A DNA stretch of 64,000 nucleotides, taken from an uncultured Bacilli bacterium (lineage in GTDB: Bacteria > Bacillota_I > Bacilli_A > RF39 > UBA660). The stretch spans positions 64,528 through 128,527 of the forward strand of contig CAKPHU010000005.1 in assembly GCA_934162125.1 (NCBI GenBank), read 5' to 3'. This document shows positions 47,020 to 55,691 of this stretch, in pieces; within the stretch, counting starts at the first letter, position 1; the number at the start of each line of letters is the position of its first letter. The translations under genes and the position numbers were made by a program. Under the pieces are notes generated by a model, which made no database searches, was not told where the DNA came from, and was given only the letters and a program-made list of their open reading frames with translations.

Positions 47020-47916
47020 TTATTTATTTCCTTCATATCTTAAGTAACCATCCCATCCACTGCTATAAAATGGAACAACGTTTATTTCTTTACCAGTTGA
47101 ATCACCATCTTGGCCGTCTCTATCACCATGGGCTCCAATCATTTGTCCATCGCCTATATACATTTCGGTATGAGAATTTTCATCTAATAAAACGTCACCT
47201 GGTAATAGGTCTTCTGCTCTTGGTGTACCTGGATACCATGTAAATCCACATTGAGTAAATGATCTTTTCATATTTCCTGTGAATCCTGCTCCGGCTTCTT
47301 TAACCGGGATACCCGCATTTTCATAAGCATTGATGACAAAAGATGAACAGTCATAATTTGGATTACCATTTCTTGTCTTTTGTGAGTAACCGTGTGTGTC
47401 GTCATTGGCAATGTCAAAGGCCCAATTGATAGCATTTTGAATATATGGAGAACTCGATCTTATTGCATAAGAATTAGAACCAGATGTGCTTGTGGTACTA
47501 TCTCCATTGATACTAACAGTGGCTAATTTAACAGAGGCAGCACTCTGTAGTTGACTTTCAATTTGAGTTTTTAAAGTTTCCATTTCCGACTCGTAGCTAT
47601 TCATTTCAGAAAGATAACTACGGGCTGAACTTGTATTATTAGCAGCGTATGCAGTATTGTAGTTACTCTTAGCAATATTATATTTTGGTTTTAGTTCTTT
47701 ATATTTGGCATATAAATCACAGGCAGATGCAAAAGCTGTGAACTGAGTTTTTAAGCTACTTGCATATTCTGAACTAAAATCATTTGCTTTAGATGAAAAG
47801 TTATTATATGAGTTACCTTTCCATGATGAAGCAAGCTCATTTACGCAATTAGAATAATTTGTTATAGCTGAAGTAATACTACTTAAATCAGAATTAACTT
47901 GACTTCCACTTACCAT
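47020..47916 (-). CDS. WXG100-domain N-terminus fused to an NlpC/P60 cysteine peptidase domain
   Basis: N-terminal LASSWKGNSYNNF (W-x-G). C-terminal NYDCSSFVINAY...NSHTEMYIG (NlpC/P60 Cys and His). Start placed at the second ATG (47916), preceded by GGAGG. The ORF-track start is 47928. Confidence 0.7.
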   Translation of the reverse strand: MVSGSQVNSDLSSITSAITNYSNCVNELASSWKGNSYNNFSSKANDFSSEYASSLKTQFTAFASACDLYAKYKELKPKYNIAKSNYNTAYAANNTSSARSYLSEMNSYESEMETLKTQIESQLQSAASVKLATVSINGDSTTSTSGSNSYAIRSSSPYIQNAINWAFDIANDDTHGYSQKTRNGNPNYDCSSFVINAYENAGIPVKEAGAGFTGNMKRSFTQCGFTWYPGTPRAEDLLPGDVLLDENSHTEMYIGDGQMIGAHGDRDGQDGDSTGKEINVVPFYSSGWDGYLRYEGNK

Positions 47917-48059
47917 ATTTACCTCCATTTATTTTATCTTAATATTATTTTATCATTATAAATAAAGGAAAAACAATTTTATTTGTGAAAAGACAAGATG
48001 TTTACATTTTTTAGGACATAGTGCTTTCTCTATTATAAATTATTTTTGTTTTAAATATG

Positions 48060-48098
48060 AAAATAGAGCATTTTGTATGGATGCTCTATTTATTTTTA
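48060..48098. terminator. Bidirectional hairpin (ATAGAGCAT-N9-ATGCTCTAT) with flanking A and T runs
   Basis: 9-bp perfect stem at 48063-48089 followed by TTATTTTTA. Lies in the 420-bp AT-rich spacer between the LRR gene and cassette B. Confidence 0.4.
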
Positions 48099-48252
48099 TC
48101 TTTATTTTAATTTTTGTAGAGATTAGGCGATTATGCACTTAAAGATGCTTAAGCATTTTGTTTTTTATATACTTCTTGCACATATAATTTTTGATATATA
48201 TTATACTAATTTTTATTGTTTTTAACAATTGATTTGGTTGAATGTGACTAAA

Positions 48253-48296
48253 TAGTAAAAAAAAGAAAAGTCAACATACTATAATGAATTGACTTT
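48253..48296 (-). terminator. Rho-independent terminator for the pilin-LRR operon (AAAGTCAA-N14-TTGACTTT plus a U8 run on the minus strand)
   Basis: About 50 nt downstream of the LRR gene stop (48348). On the minus strand the stem is followed by UCUUUUUUUU. Confidence 0.5.
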
Positions 48297-48347
48297 CCTT
48301 ATAATTATATTTTTAACGCATTAAAGTTAAATTTTTTTGCTATGATG

Positions 48348-49748
48348 TTACTCTTTAACAACTTCAATATCTCCATACCAGTTTTCGACGGTTCCATAAT
48401 CAAAATTAGCTTCTGATGGCCCTCCTGTTATTGATTTCCAGTCGAATTTTCTACCTGTTTTATTTACTATTTTTGTTAGAGAAGAATTGTAATTGTCATA
48501 AGTAATTTCTTTTCTAAAAGCATCCGTTCCTATACTTGTTACTGTTGAAGGAATGGTTAATGACCTTAGTTTGCAATTTCTGAAAGCATTATTCCCAATT
48601 TTTATCAATCCTTCAGGTAAAGTTACAGCTTTGATATTACTATAATAAAATGCTGAGTTAGAGATTGTTTTTACTTTTTCTGGAATTATTACATTGTCAG
48701 TTCCATATGCAGCATAACCTATTATATTTGTGTAATCAATTTTGCCATTGTTGTCTCTAGCATAAACGAAGCCAGGTACTAAATTACCATCACCATTGTC
48801 TACATATGTAACATAATTTAGCATAAAAGCGTTAGTTCCTATACTTGTTACTGTTGAAGGAATTTTTAACGTGCCAGTAAAATAGCTTACACCCAAAGCT
48901 CCACTGGCAATTGTTTTTAGTTTTACACCGTTTTTTTCTGCCGGAATAGTTACATCTTTCTTTTTAGCTCCAGCATAACCTACTAATGTACTATAATCTA
49001 TGCCGCTTGTAGTTCTTTTATATATCCATGCCTGACTATCATCTTGAACAGCATTTGTATTGAATGCTTGCCCTCCTAGTATTACTACGCTTTGAGGAAT
49101 TTTTAATTCTTTTATTTTGTTACTATAAAATGCACTACCGCCAATACTTATTACTCCGTTCGGAATATTTACTTTTGAAATACCATCAAAAGCAAAAGCA
49201 CTACTTTGAATATCAATAACAGTATCAGGTATTACAACTTCCCAGTCACTTAAAGACATTCGTTGAAAAGCTCCTGATTCAATAACTTTTAATTTCACAC
49301 CATTTATTTCTCCTGGTATTCTAAATACTTTATCTGGAAATTCTGATAAATCACCAATGTAACCTCTTATTCTAGTATAATCATACGAATCACCTTTTTT
49401 AACATATAAAAATGATGGGTTTGGGATTGGGTTGTTACAGTACGCGCACGCTCCTAGAGAAGTTACTGAATCGGGTATTATGGCTTCTGTCAATTGATTA
49501 TATTGAAATGCCGATGCTCCTATCGTTTTTATTCCTTCATCGTATGTTAAATCTTTTATTTTGTTATTAGCGAAAGCCCAGATTTTTATCTCTATTACAC
49601 TTGATGGAATATGTAGACTTTTAATGTTATTATTTTTAAATGATTCATTACCGATTTTTTTTATTGTGTCTGGGATATAAACACTAGTTATTCCCATGTT
49701 TCTAAATGTATAATTGTGAATAGAAGTCACTTCTCTATCACCTATCAT
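48348..49748 (-). CDS. BspA-type leucine-rich repeat (LRR_5) protein
   Basis: 466 aa made of repeated units of the type IP(D/S)(S/T)V(T/I)SIG..AF..N..(K/T). No N-terminal signal peptide. Its ATG overlaps the TGA of the upstream pilin gene (ATGA). Confidence 0.7.
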   Translation of the reverse strand: MIGDREVTSIHNYTFRNMGITSVYIPDTIKKIGNESFKNNNIKSLHIPSSVIEIKIWAFANNKIKDLTYDEGIKTIGASAFQYNQLTEAIIPDSVTSLGACAYCNNPIPNPSFLYVKKGDSYDYTRIRGYIGDLSEFPDKVFRIPGEINGVKLKVIESGAFQRMSLSDWEVVIPDTVIDIQSSAFAFDGISKVNIPNGVISIGGSAFYSNKIKELKIPQSVVILGGQAFNTNAVQDDSQAWIYKRTTSGIDYSTLVGYAGAKKKDVTIPAEKNGVKLKTIASGALGVSYFTGTLKIPSTVTSIGTNAFMLNYVTYVDNGDGNLVPGFVYARDNNGKIDYTNIIGYAAYGTDNVIIPEKVKTISNSAFYYSNIKAVTLPEGLIKIGNNAFRNCKLRSLTIPSTVTSIGTDAFRKEITYDNYNSSLTKIVNKTGRKFDWKSITGGPSEANFDYGTVENWYGDIEVVKE

Positions 49749-50377
49749 ACCTGGTATTGTAACATCTGTTCCACACTTTTTTTATAGTATGTAAGTTCTG
49801 CTTCCGAATCAGATAAATTTTTAAAACTAAAACATTTCTTAGCTTCTTCTTCGGTTAAACTGTGTCTAGCAGGAAGTATTTCAGTAACGCCATCTTTATT
49901 CATTACAGATATTATGTTCTTGCCTTTTATTGGTTGCCTATTATTTACGTACTTTCTGCCGAGATGAACATCTTGGGCAGTTATTGTTTTAGATGATTTT
50001 AAGTTTATTTTCCAACCAGTTTGATCACAACTTACCCAATAATAATCATTGGTACCATCTTTATTTAGTGTTATTACAACATATGCATCTAACCAGTCTG
50101 AAAAAGGGCTTTTTGTTATGTCACTATTATCATTTAACAAATTGTTTATATGAATATAATAGGTCGTATCATAATCATCAATTTTAAGTGTTTCATTTGT
50201 AACCATTGCATTAGCAGTGCTTACAAAACTAAGTGCATCTTGAACATATACTTTTGCCTTAGATTTATTAATAATACTACTTACAGATGGAATTGCTATT
50301 GCCATTAAAATTCCCATTATTACTATGACTGCTAGTAACTCTACTAGCGTAAAACCTTTTTTATTACTATACCACAT
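49745..50377 (-). CDS. Type IV pilin / pseudopilin-like protein with a class III (prepilin peptidase) signal
   Basis: MWYSNKKG|FTLVELLAVIVIMGILMAIAIP is the canonical prepilin leader, with G-F cleavage and methylation of F and Glu+5. 210 aa. Confidence 0.75.
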   Translation of the reverse strand: MWYSNKKGFTLVELLAVIVIMGILMAIAIPSVSSIINKSKAKVYVQDALSFVSTANAMVTNETLKIDDYDTTYYIHINNLLNDNSDITKSPFSDWLDAYVVITLNKDGTNDYYWVSCDQTGWKINLKSSKTITAQDVHLGRKYVNNRQPIKGKNIISVMNKDGVTEILPARHSLTEEEAKKCFSFKNLSDSEAELTYYKKSVEQMLQYQV

Positions 50378-50528
50378 TTTTTCTCACCCTCTTTTACCTG
50401 AAGTATACCAGCTTCTTATGCTTTTTTCAACCATTATCAAACGGAACATAAGAAAAGAAAATGTTATCTAATAGTTTAATGACTTTTTATTAGAAATTTG
50501 CTACAATTATAATCGGAAGATGGTTTAA

Positions 50529-52748
50529 ATGAATAGTAAAGAGAAGAAAGAAAATAATTATTTTAAATATTTAGATTTTATTAGAGTATTTGCTTGTATT
50601 GCAATACTTCTATATCATTTTGGTATATTGAAGGGTGGCTATTTGGCAGTATGTACTTTTTTTGTTCTTAGTGGCTTTTTATCTACCAATTCATTATTTA
50701 GTAAAGAAAAGATATCTTTAAAGGAATATTATCTTAATAAATTCTTTAGACTTTATTTACCATTAATAGTAGTTGTTTTTATTTCTATTGCGGCAACTTT
50801 TATTCTTAATAAGACATGGTTTAATTTGAAACCCGAAAGTACTTCGATTATACTGGGGTATAACAATTATTGGCAATTATCTTCAAATAATGATTATTTT
50901 GCAGGAACGCTTAATTCTCCTTTTATTCATTTATGGTATATTGCAATTTTACTTCAGTTTGATTTGATTTTTCCTTTTATATTTATGCTTTTTAAAAAAA
51001 TAGGTGATAAATTTAATAAGGTTATTCCAACAATTCTTCTTTCTATTATTACTCTTGCTAGTACTATTTATTTTTGGATTAGTGGAAATAATAATAGTTT
51101 AATGTTTACTTATTATAATACTTTAACAAGAGTATTTTCCTTGTTATTTGGTGTTCTAATTTGTTTTATTTACCATTACTATGGAGATATGATATTTAAG
51201 GAGTTAAAGAAAAATGTTCTTAGTAAAATTATTTTTTATTTATATATTCTAATTTTAACTGGACTATTTGTTTTTGTTGATTCTAATAGCAGTTTTATGT
51301 TTATTAGTATGATTTTAACTACTTTGATTTCTACAAGAATTATCTTATATAGTACTTTAATTAATAATAATTTACCTATTTTTGATAAAGTGATTAAATC
51401 TTTATCTAGTGTTAGTTATGAAGTTTATTTAGTTCAATACCCTATTATTTATTTATTTTTAAATTCTTCTATTAATATTTATCTTAAGTATGGGATTATG
51501 CTTATTTTAATTATTAGTATATCTTATTTATTACATTTCTGTATTTTTTCTCGTAAAAGTAAATGTAAGATTATTAGATATATTCTTTGTTTTATTATTT
51601 TGATTGCTGCTTCATATGGCGTTTATGTTTACTGTTTAAGTGAAGACTATACTGATGAAATGAATGCTTTAAGAGAACAAATGAATAGTAATCAGAAGCT
51701 GATGTCTAATCATAAAGAATCTTATTTATCAAATAAGAAAAAAGAAAATGATGATTGGAATGCTACACTTGAAGAACTTGACAACAATAAAAATAATCTT
51801 GGTAATGTTGTTACTAATTTACCGGTTGTTGGTATTGGGGATTCCGTTCTTCTCGGAGCAATTCCTAATTTATATAATGCTTTTCCTAATGGCTATTTTG
51901 ATGGAAAAGTTTCTAGAACAGCTTATGAAGCTAATCGTATTTTACTTGATTTAAAGAACAAAGGTGCTCTTGGTAATCCTATTGTATTTAATCTTGGTAC
52001 TAATGGAGATTGTCCATATGAGTGTAAGGTGGAGATTTTAAATACTTGTGGTGATAGAGATATCTTTTGGGTTAATACCGTTAATTATACTTATGTTAAT
52101 GATAGGCTTGCTAGCTTAGCAAATGAATTTCCTAACTTGCATATTATTGATTGGAATTCTATTTCTAAGGGTCATAGTGAGTATTTTGCTTATGATGGTG
52201 TACATCTTACTAGTACAGGTAGAGATGTTTTTACCAAAGCTATTTATGATAGTATTTATAATTTATATCTTGATAGATACAATAAGGAGAAAGATGAAAT
52301 TATTAATAAACATAATGATGATGTTATGAAAAAAGTTACTTTTTATGGTAATGACCTTCTTATTAATTTATTTGAAAATATTAAAGATGATTTTAGTGAT
52401 AGTAATTTTATTACTTTTAACGATGTTTCCTATGATGTTTTAATAAATAATCTTAAAAAAGATATTAACGATAATAATATTAATCATAAACTTGTTTTTC
52501 TTTTTGATAATAGTCTTGAACTAAATACTCTTGAATACGAGAATTTAATTAATCTATGTAAGGACTATGATATTTATATTGTTTCTTTAAATAAAGATAT
52601 TAATTCTAATTCTATTAAGGGTGATAATGTTAAAGTTATTGATTTTTATAAAGAAGAAAAAACGGTAATGATGCCTGATAACATTCATTTGAATGATAAT
52701 GGTAATAAGACTTTGGCCTCTATTCTTAAAGATACTGTTTATAATTAG
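50529..52748 (+). CDS. Acyltransferase-3 (OatA-like) membrane domain fused to an SGNH/GDSL hydrolase domain and a long C-terminal extension
   Basis: 739 aa. About 10 TM helices in the N-terminal 370 aa and VVGIGDSVLLGA (GDS motif) in the SGNH domain. Confidence 0.7.
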   Translation: MNSKEKKENNYFKYLDFIRVFACIAILLYHFGILKGGYLAVCTFFVLSGFLSTNSLFSKEKISLKEYYLNKFFRLYLPLIVVVFISIAATFILNKTWFNLKPESTSIILGYNNYWQLSSNNDYFAGTLNSPFIHLWYIAILLQFDLIFPFIFMLFKKIGDKFNKVIPTILLSIITLASTIYFWISGNNNSLMFTYYNTLTRVFSLLFGVLICFIYHYYGDMIFKELKKNVLSKIIFYLYILILTGLFVFVDSNSSFMFISMILTTLISTRIILYSTLINNNLPIFDKVIKSLSSVSYEVYLVQYPIIYLFLNSSINIYLKYGIMLILIISISYLLHFCIFSRKSKCKIIRYILCFIILIAASYGVYVYCLSEDYTDEMNALREQMNSNQKLMSNHKESYLSNKKKENDDWNATLEELDNNKNNLGNVVTNLPVVGIGDSVLLGAIPNLYNAFPNGYFDGKVSRTAYEANRILLDLKNKGALGNPIVFNLGTNGDCPYECKVEILNTCGDRDIFWVNTVNYTYVNDRLASLANEFPNLHIIDWNSISKGHSEYFAYDGVHLTSTGRDVFTKAIYDSIYNLYLDRYNKEKDEIINKHNDDVMKKVTFYGNDLLINLFENIKDDFSDSNFITFNDVSYDVLINNLKKDINDNNINHKLVFLFDNSLELNTLEYENLINLCKDYDIYIVSLNKDINSNSIKGDNVKVIDFYKEEKTVMMPDNIHLNDNGNKTLASILKDTVYN

Positions 52749-52827
52749 TTTGCATAATTATTGTATTGTTTTTTCGTTCATATAAAAAGGAGTGTTAACA
52801 AGACTATTAACACTCTTTTTATTATTA

Positions 52828-53331
52828 TTAAATTTCATATAAATATATATTTTCTTTGTAACATTCATCAAATATATTCCAGTCTTCTTGTCTTATAAAC
52901 TTTCCACCTAAATGTTTATAAAACTCATTTGAAGGATTGCCATCTAAACACCCTATGATAACTTTATTAAAGCCCTTTTCTCTCAATTTAGAAAAGGCTG
53001 CGTTAATTAGAGCTTTTCCATATCCTTTTCCTTTAACAGAAGATAAAAGATATAATATTTGAACCTCTCCACAGTCAGTAAAATCAGTTCTATCTGATTT
53101 TTTTATTTTTAGAATTCCAACTACTTTCTCATTTTCTTCTAATACATAATGGTAATCGTCTTGTTTAAAATTTTCTTTTTCCTTTTCAATTCTTTCGGCT
53201 CTATTAGAAGAAATCTTTTCTAATAATTTATCAGATACTACTCCGCACAAACTATCATTCCAGCTTGAAATATTTACATTAACCCAAGCTTCACAGTCCT
53301 TTAATTCTTTTTCTCTAATAATATATTCCAT
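52828..53331 (-). CDS. GNAT family N-acetyltransferase
   Basis: 167 aa. VKGKGYGKALINAA motif. Confidence 0.7.
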   Translation of the reverse strand: MEYIIREKELKDCEAWVNVNISSWNDSLCGVVSDKLLEKISSNRAERIEKEKENFKQDDYHYVLEENEKVVGILKIKKSDRTDFTDCGEVQILYLLSSVKGKGYGKALINAAFSKLREKGFNKVIIGCLDGNPSNEFYKHLGGKFIRQEDWNIFDECYKENIYLYEI

Positions 53332-53410
53332 TATTGTATCTCCTATATCTTTATTTTTTATGTATGACTTATTTTTTAGATTTTAAATTGTCTTATAAGT
53401 AATAATTTCT

Positions 53411-53896
53411 TTATTTTAAATCTTTTTTCATAGGATAAAATCTTAATCCTTTGATACATTGTTCTTTGTCTGTATCTACAAATCCTAAATGTTTATAAAT
53501 TTCATGTGCATATGGAGAAGAATTGACGGTAAAGAATTCATTGTTATTTAAGGATTCTGCTTTATTATATAACTTTCTTCCTATTCCTTGTTTGTGATAT
53601 TTTCCATCTACAAAGAATAATGCTATATGCGTGGTGTCTTTAGTCGCAATAACCCCTAATATTTTGTTGCTTTCATCGTATGCTCCATAAAAGTCTCTTG
53701 CTTCAACCCATGAAACATCATCAATTGTTTTTTTAAATTCTTTTATACCTTCTTCGGTGTAGTCTGGTGCTTCAAACTCCATAAATACTTCCCAAACTAA
53801 TTTTAGTGCTTCTGGCATTTCTTCTTTTAATATTTTTCTAATTTCCATTAATATCATCTCCTTTTTTGATTTTAAAATTTTATAGCATTTTCGCAT
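53411..53896 (-). CDS. GNAT family N-acetyltransferase
   Basis: 161 aa. HKQGIGRKLYNKA motif. Confidence 0.7.
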   Translation of the reverse strand: MRKCYKILKSKKEMILMEIRKILKEEMPEALKLVWEVFMEFEAPDYTEEGIKEFKKTIDDVSWVEARDFYGAYDESNKILGVIATKDTTHIALFFVDGKYHKQGIGRKLYNKAESLNNNEFFTVNSSPYAHEIYKHLGFVDTDKEQCIKGLRFYPMKKDLK

Positions 53897-53966
53897 ACAA
53901 TTGATTGGATTAATTATAACACGAAGTTTAAGTGTTCTTATAATAAAGTAGAAGCTTTTGTAAAAT

Positions 53967-54614
53967 CTAAAAAAGTTTAATGTTTTCTATATTTATTAAA
54001 TTATTATTATCATCAAACTCTGTTTTAAATAGTTCAGGGCTTTTCCAGTTTCCATCAAAAATTAATTTATTATTAAAATATATTTCAATTAACTTTGTTT
54101 CTTCATTTAATTTTACATCACACCATTTTTTTAACATAGCTGATATGGCAGTTCCATGTGATATGACTGCGACTTTTTTACCTTTATTATTATTTAATAT
54201 TTCTAATAAGGCTTCATTCATTCTTTTAGAAACTTCATTGGTAGATTCGCCATTTGGAAGTTTATAATCCCAATTTCGGAATTGTTCTTCAAAAAATATT
54301 GATGGTAATTCTGATAATTCATTAACGCCAAATTTTCTTTCTCCCAATCTTTCGTCAACATTTAATGTAATGTTGTTTTTTTCTGCTATATATTTGGCAG
54401 TTGACATAGCTCTCACATAATGTGAAGAATATAAAGTTTCTACTTTTGATAAATCAGGATAATTACTCATTTGCTCTGCGTATTTTTCTCCAGCAACACT
54501 TAATGGATTCTTTTCATTTCTTATTTGCTCTATTTCATTGACTTTATATTCTCCTAAAAGCTTTCTAAATGGTTGAGAGTGCCTTGAAATGTATATAGTA
54601 GTCATTAAAATCAC
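53967..54614 (-). CDS. Histidine phosphatase family protein (phosphoglycerate-mutase-like)
   Basis: IYISRHSQP N-terminal catalytic RHS/RHG motif and a downstream SHGTAISAM. Confidence 0.6.
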   Translation of the reverse strand: MILMTTIYISRHSQPFRKLLGEYKVNEIEQIRNEKNPLSVAGEKYAEQMSNYPDLSKVETLYSSHYVRAMSTAKYIAEKNNITLNVDERLGERKFGVNELSELPSIFFEEQFRNWDYKLPNGESTNEVSKRMNEALLEILNNNKGKKVAVISHGTAISAMLKKWCDVKLNEETKLIEIYFNNKLIFDGNWKSPELFKTEFDDNNNLINIENIKLF

Positions 54615-54760
54615 GTTCCTTTCTATTTCATTATATCATGGAGCTATTTATTTTTATATTTCATTTGAAGCTTGCCTTATTATATGAAATGCTTTATTTT
54701 CAAAAAAACAGTAACAACAAAAGTTATTACTGTTCTTATACTACTTTATTCCTATTTTTA

Positions 54761-55684
54761 TTATTCCTCATATCTAACTTCACTCATATAATTAAATCCA
54801 CTTAAAAAATAATCGTATGAATAATCTCTTACTCTATTTTCCATAACATCATTTATAGGTATAAGTGTGTAATTTTTTAATATTACATATTTGTATGTAA
54901 ACGTTAATACTTCATCATAATATTTAGTTAACATATTAATTTTAACTGTTGTGACAATCTTTTTGTTTGAGTTAGTGTCAAAATAACTCATTAATTCATA
55001 GAAGCCTTTATCTGTCTTTACTATTCTCTCGTTGTAGATTCTAATTACTTTTTCTCCTTCATAATTACCGCTTATTTTTTCAATGGTTGGATATTTTTCA
55101 TTGCCATAGTTTTTACTATACAAAATATTATCTTTTACATAAGCATATTTAGACATAAAATCATAATCAGTTTTTCTACCAAGAAACTCTTTAGAATACT
55201 CCCATTTAAGATAATCACTTAAATTATAATTTGCATTTAAATACATATCATAACTATCACTAACTTTATTATCCGTATTATCATCGTGTAGTGTATATAT
55301 AGTATCATTATAATCGTAAAATTTTATGTCCGCTCCTGAGTTTGGAGTAATATTCATAACCTTAATATTCTTATCTATATCATATACTTTTTTATAAATA
55401 AATTCTCCATTATCTAATTTTTGTGGATTAAAAATATATATAGAATTATTGGTTATAAATGAATATTTACTAAATGAAGTATCTTCAGTTAATATTTCCC
55501 CACCCTTTAACTTTTGATACTCTTTATCTGGATGTTTTTTCTTAAGTGCATCCAATATTGAGTTTGCACCTGGTGGAGTATGATCATTTAATTCCTGTTT
55601 TCCATTTTTAATAATGACTATAGAAATAATACCTATTAATACGATAGATGCAATAATAACATAAATTATTTTTTTATTCTTCAT
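54761..55684 (-). CDS. Secreted or membrane-anchored hypothetical protein
   Basis: 307 aa. N-terminal TM/signal (IIYVIIASIVLIGIISIVII). Tyr/Asn-rich and beta-rich, no recognisable motif. Confidence 0.4.
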   Translation of the reverse strand: MKNKKIIYVIIASIVLIGIISIVIIKNGKQELNDHTPPGANSILDALKKKHPDKEYQKLKGGEILTEDTSFSKYSFITNNSIYIFNPQKLDNGEFIYKKVYDIDKNIKVMNITPNSGADIKFYDYNDTIYTLHDDNTDNKVSDSYDMYLNANYNLSDYLKWEYSKEFLGRKTDYDFMSKYAYVKDNILYSKNYGNEKYPTIEKISGNYEGEKVIRIYNERIVKTDKGFYELMSYFDTNSNKKIVTTVKINMLTKYYDEVLTFTYKYVILKNYTLIPINDVMENRVRDYSYDYFLSGFNYMSEVRYEE

Positions 55685-55691
55685 ATCACAC

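Noticed and set aside
18140-47928. Calling the region a complete type VIIb secretion system
   Set aside because: Only substrate-like genes (WXG100/LXG-type) are present. No EssC/FtsK-like ATPase, EssB, EsaA, EssA or YukD-like gene is in the window, so machinery cannot be asserted.
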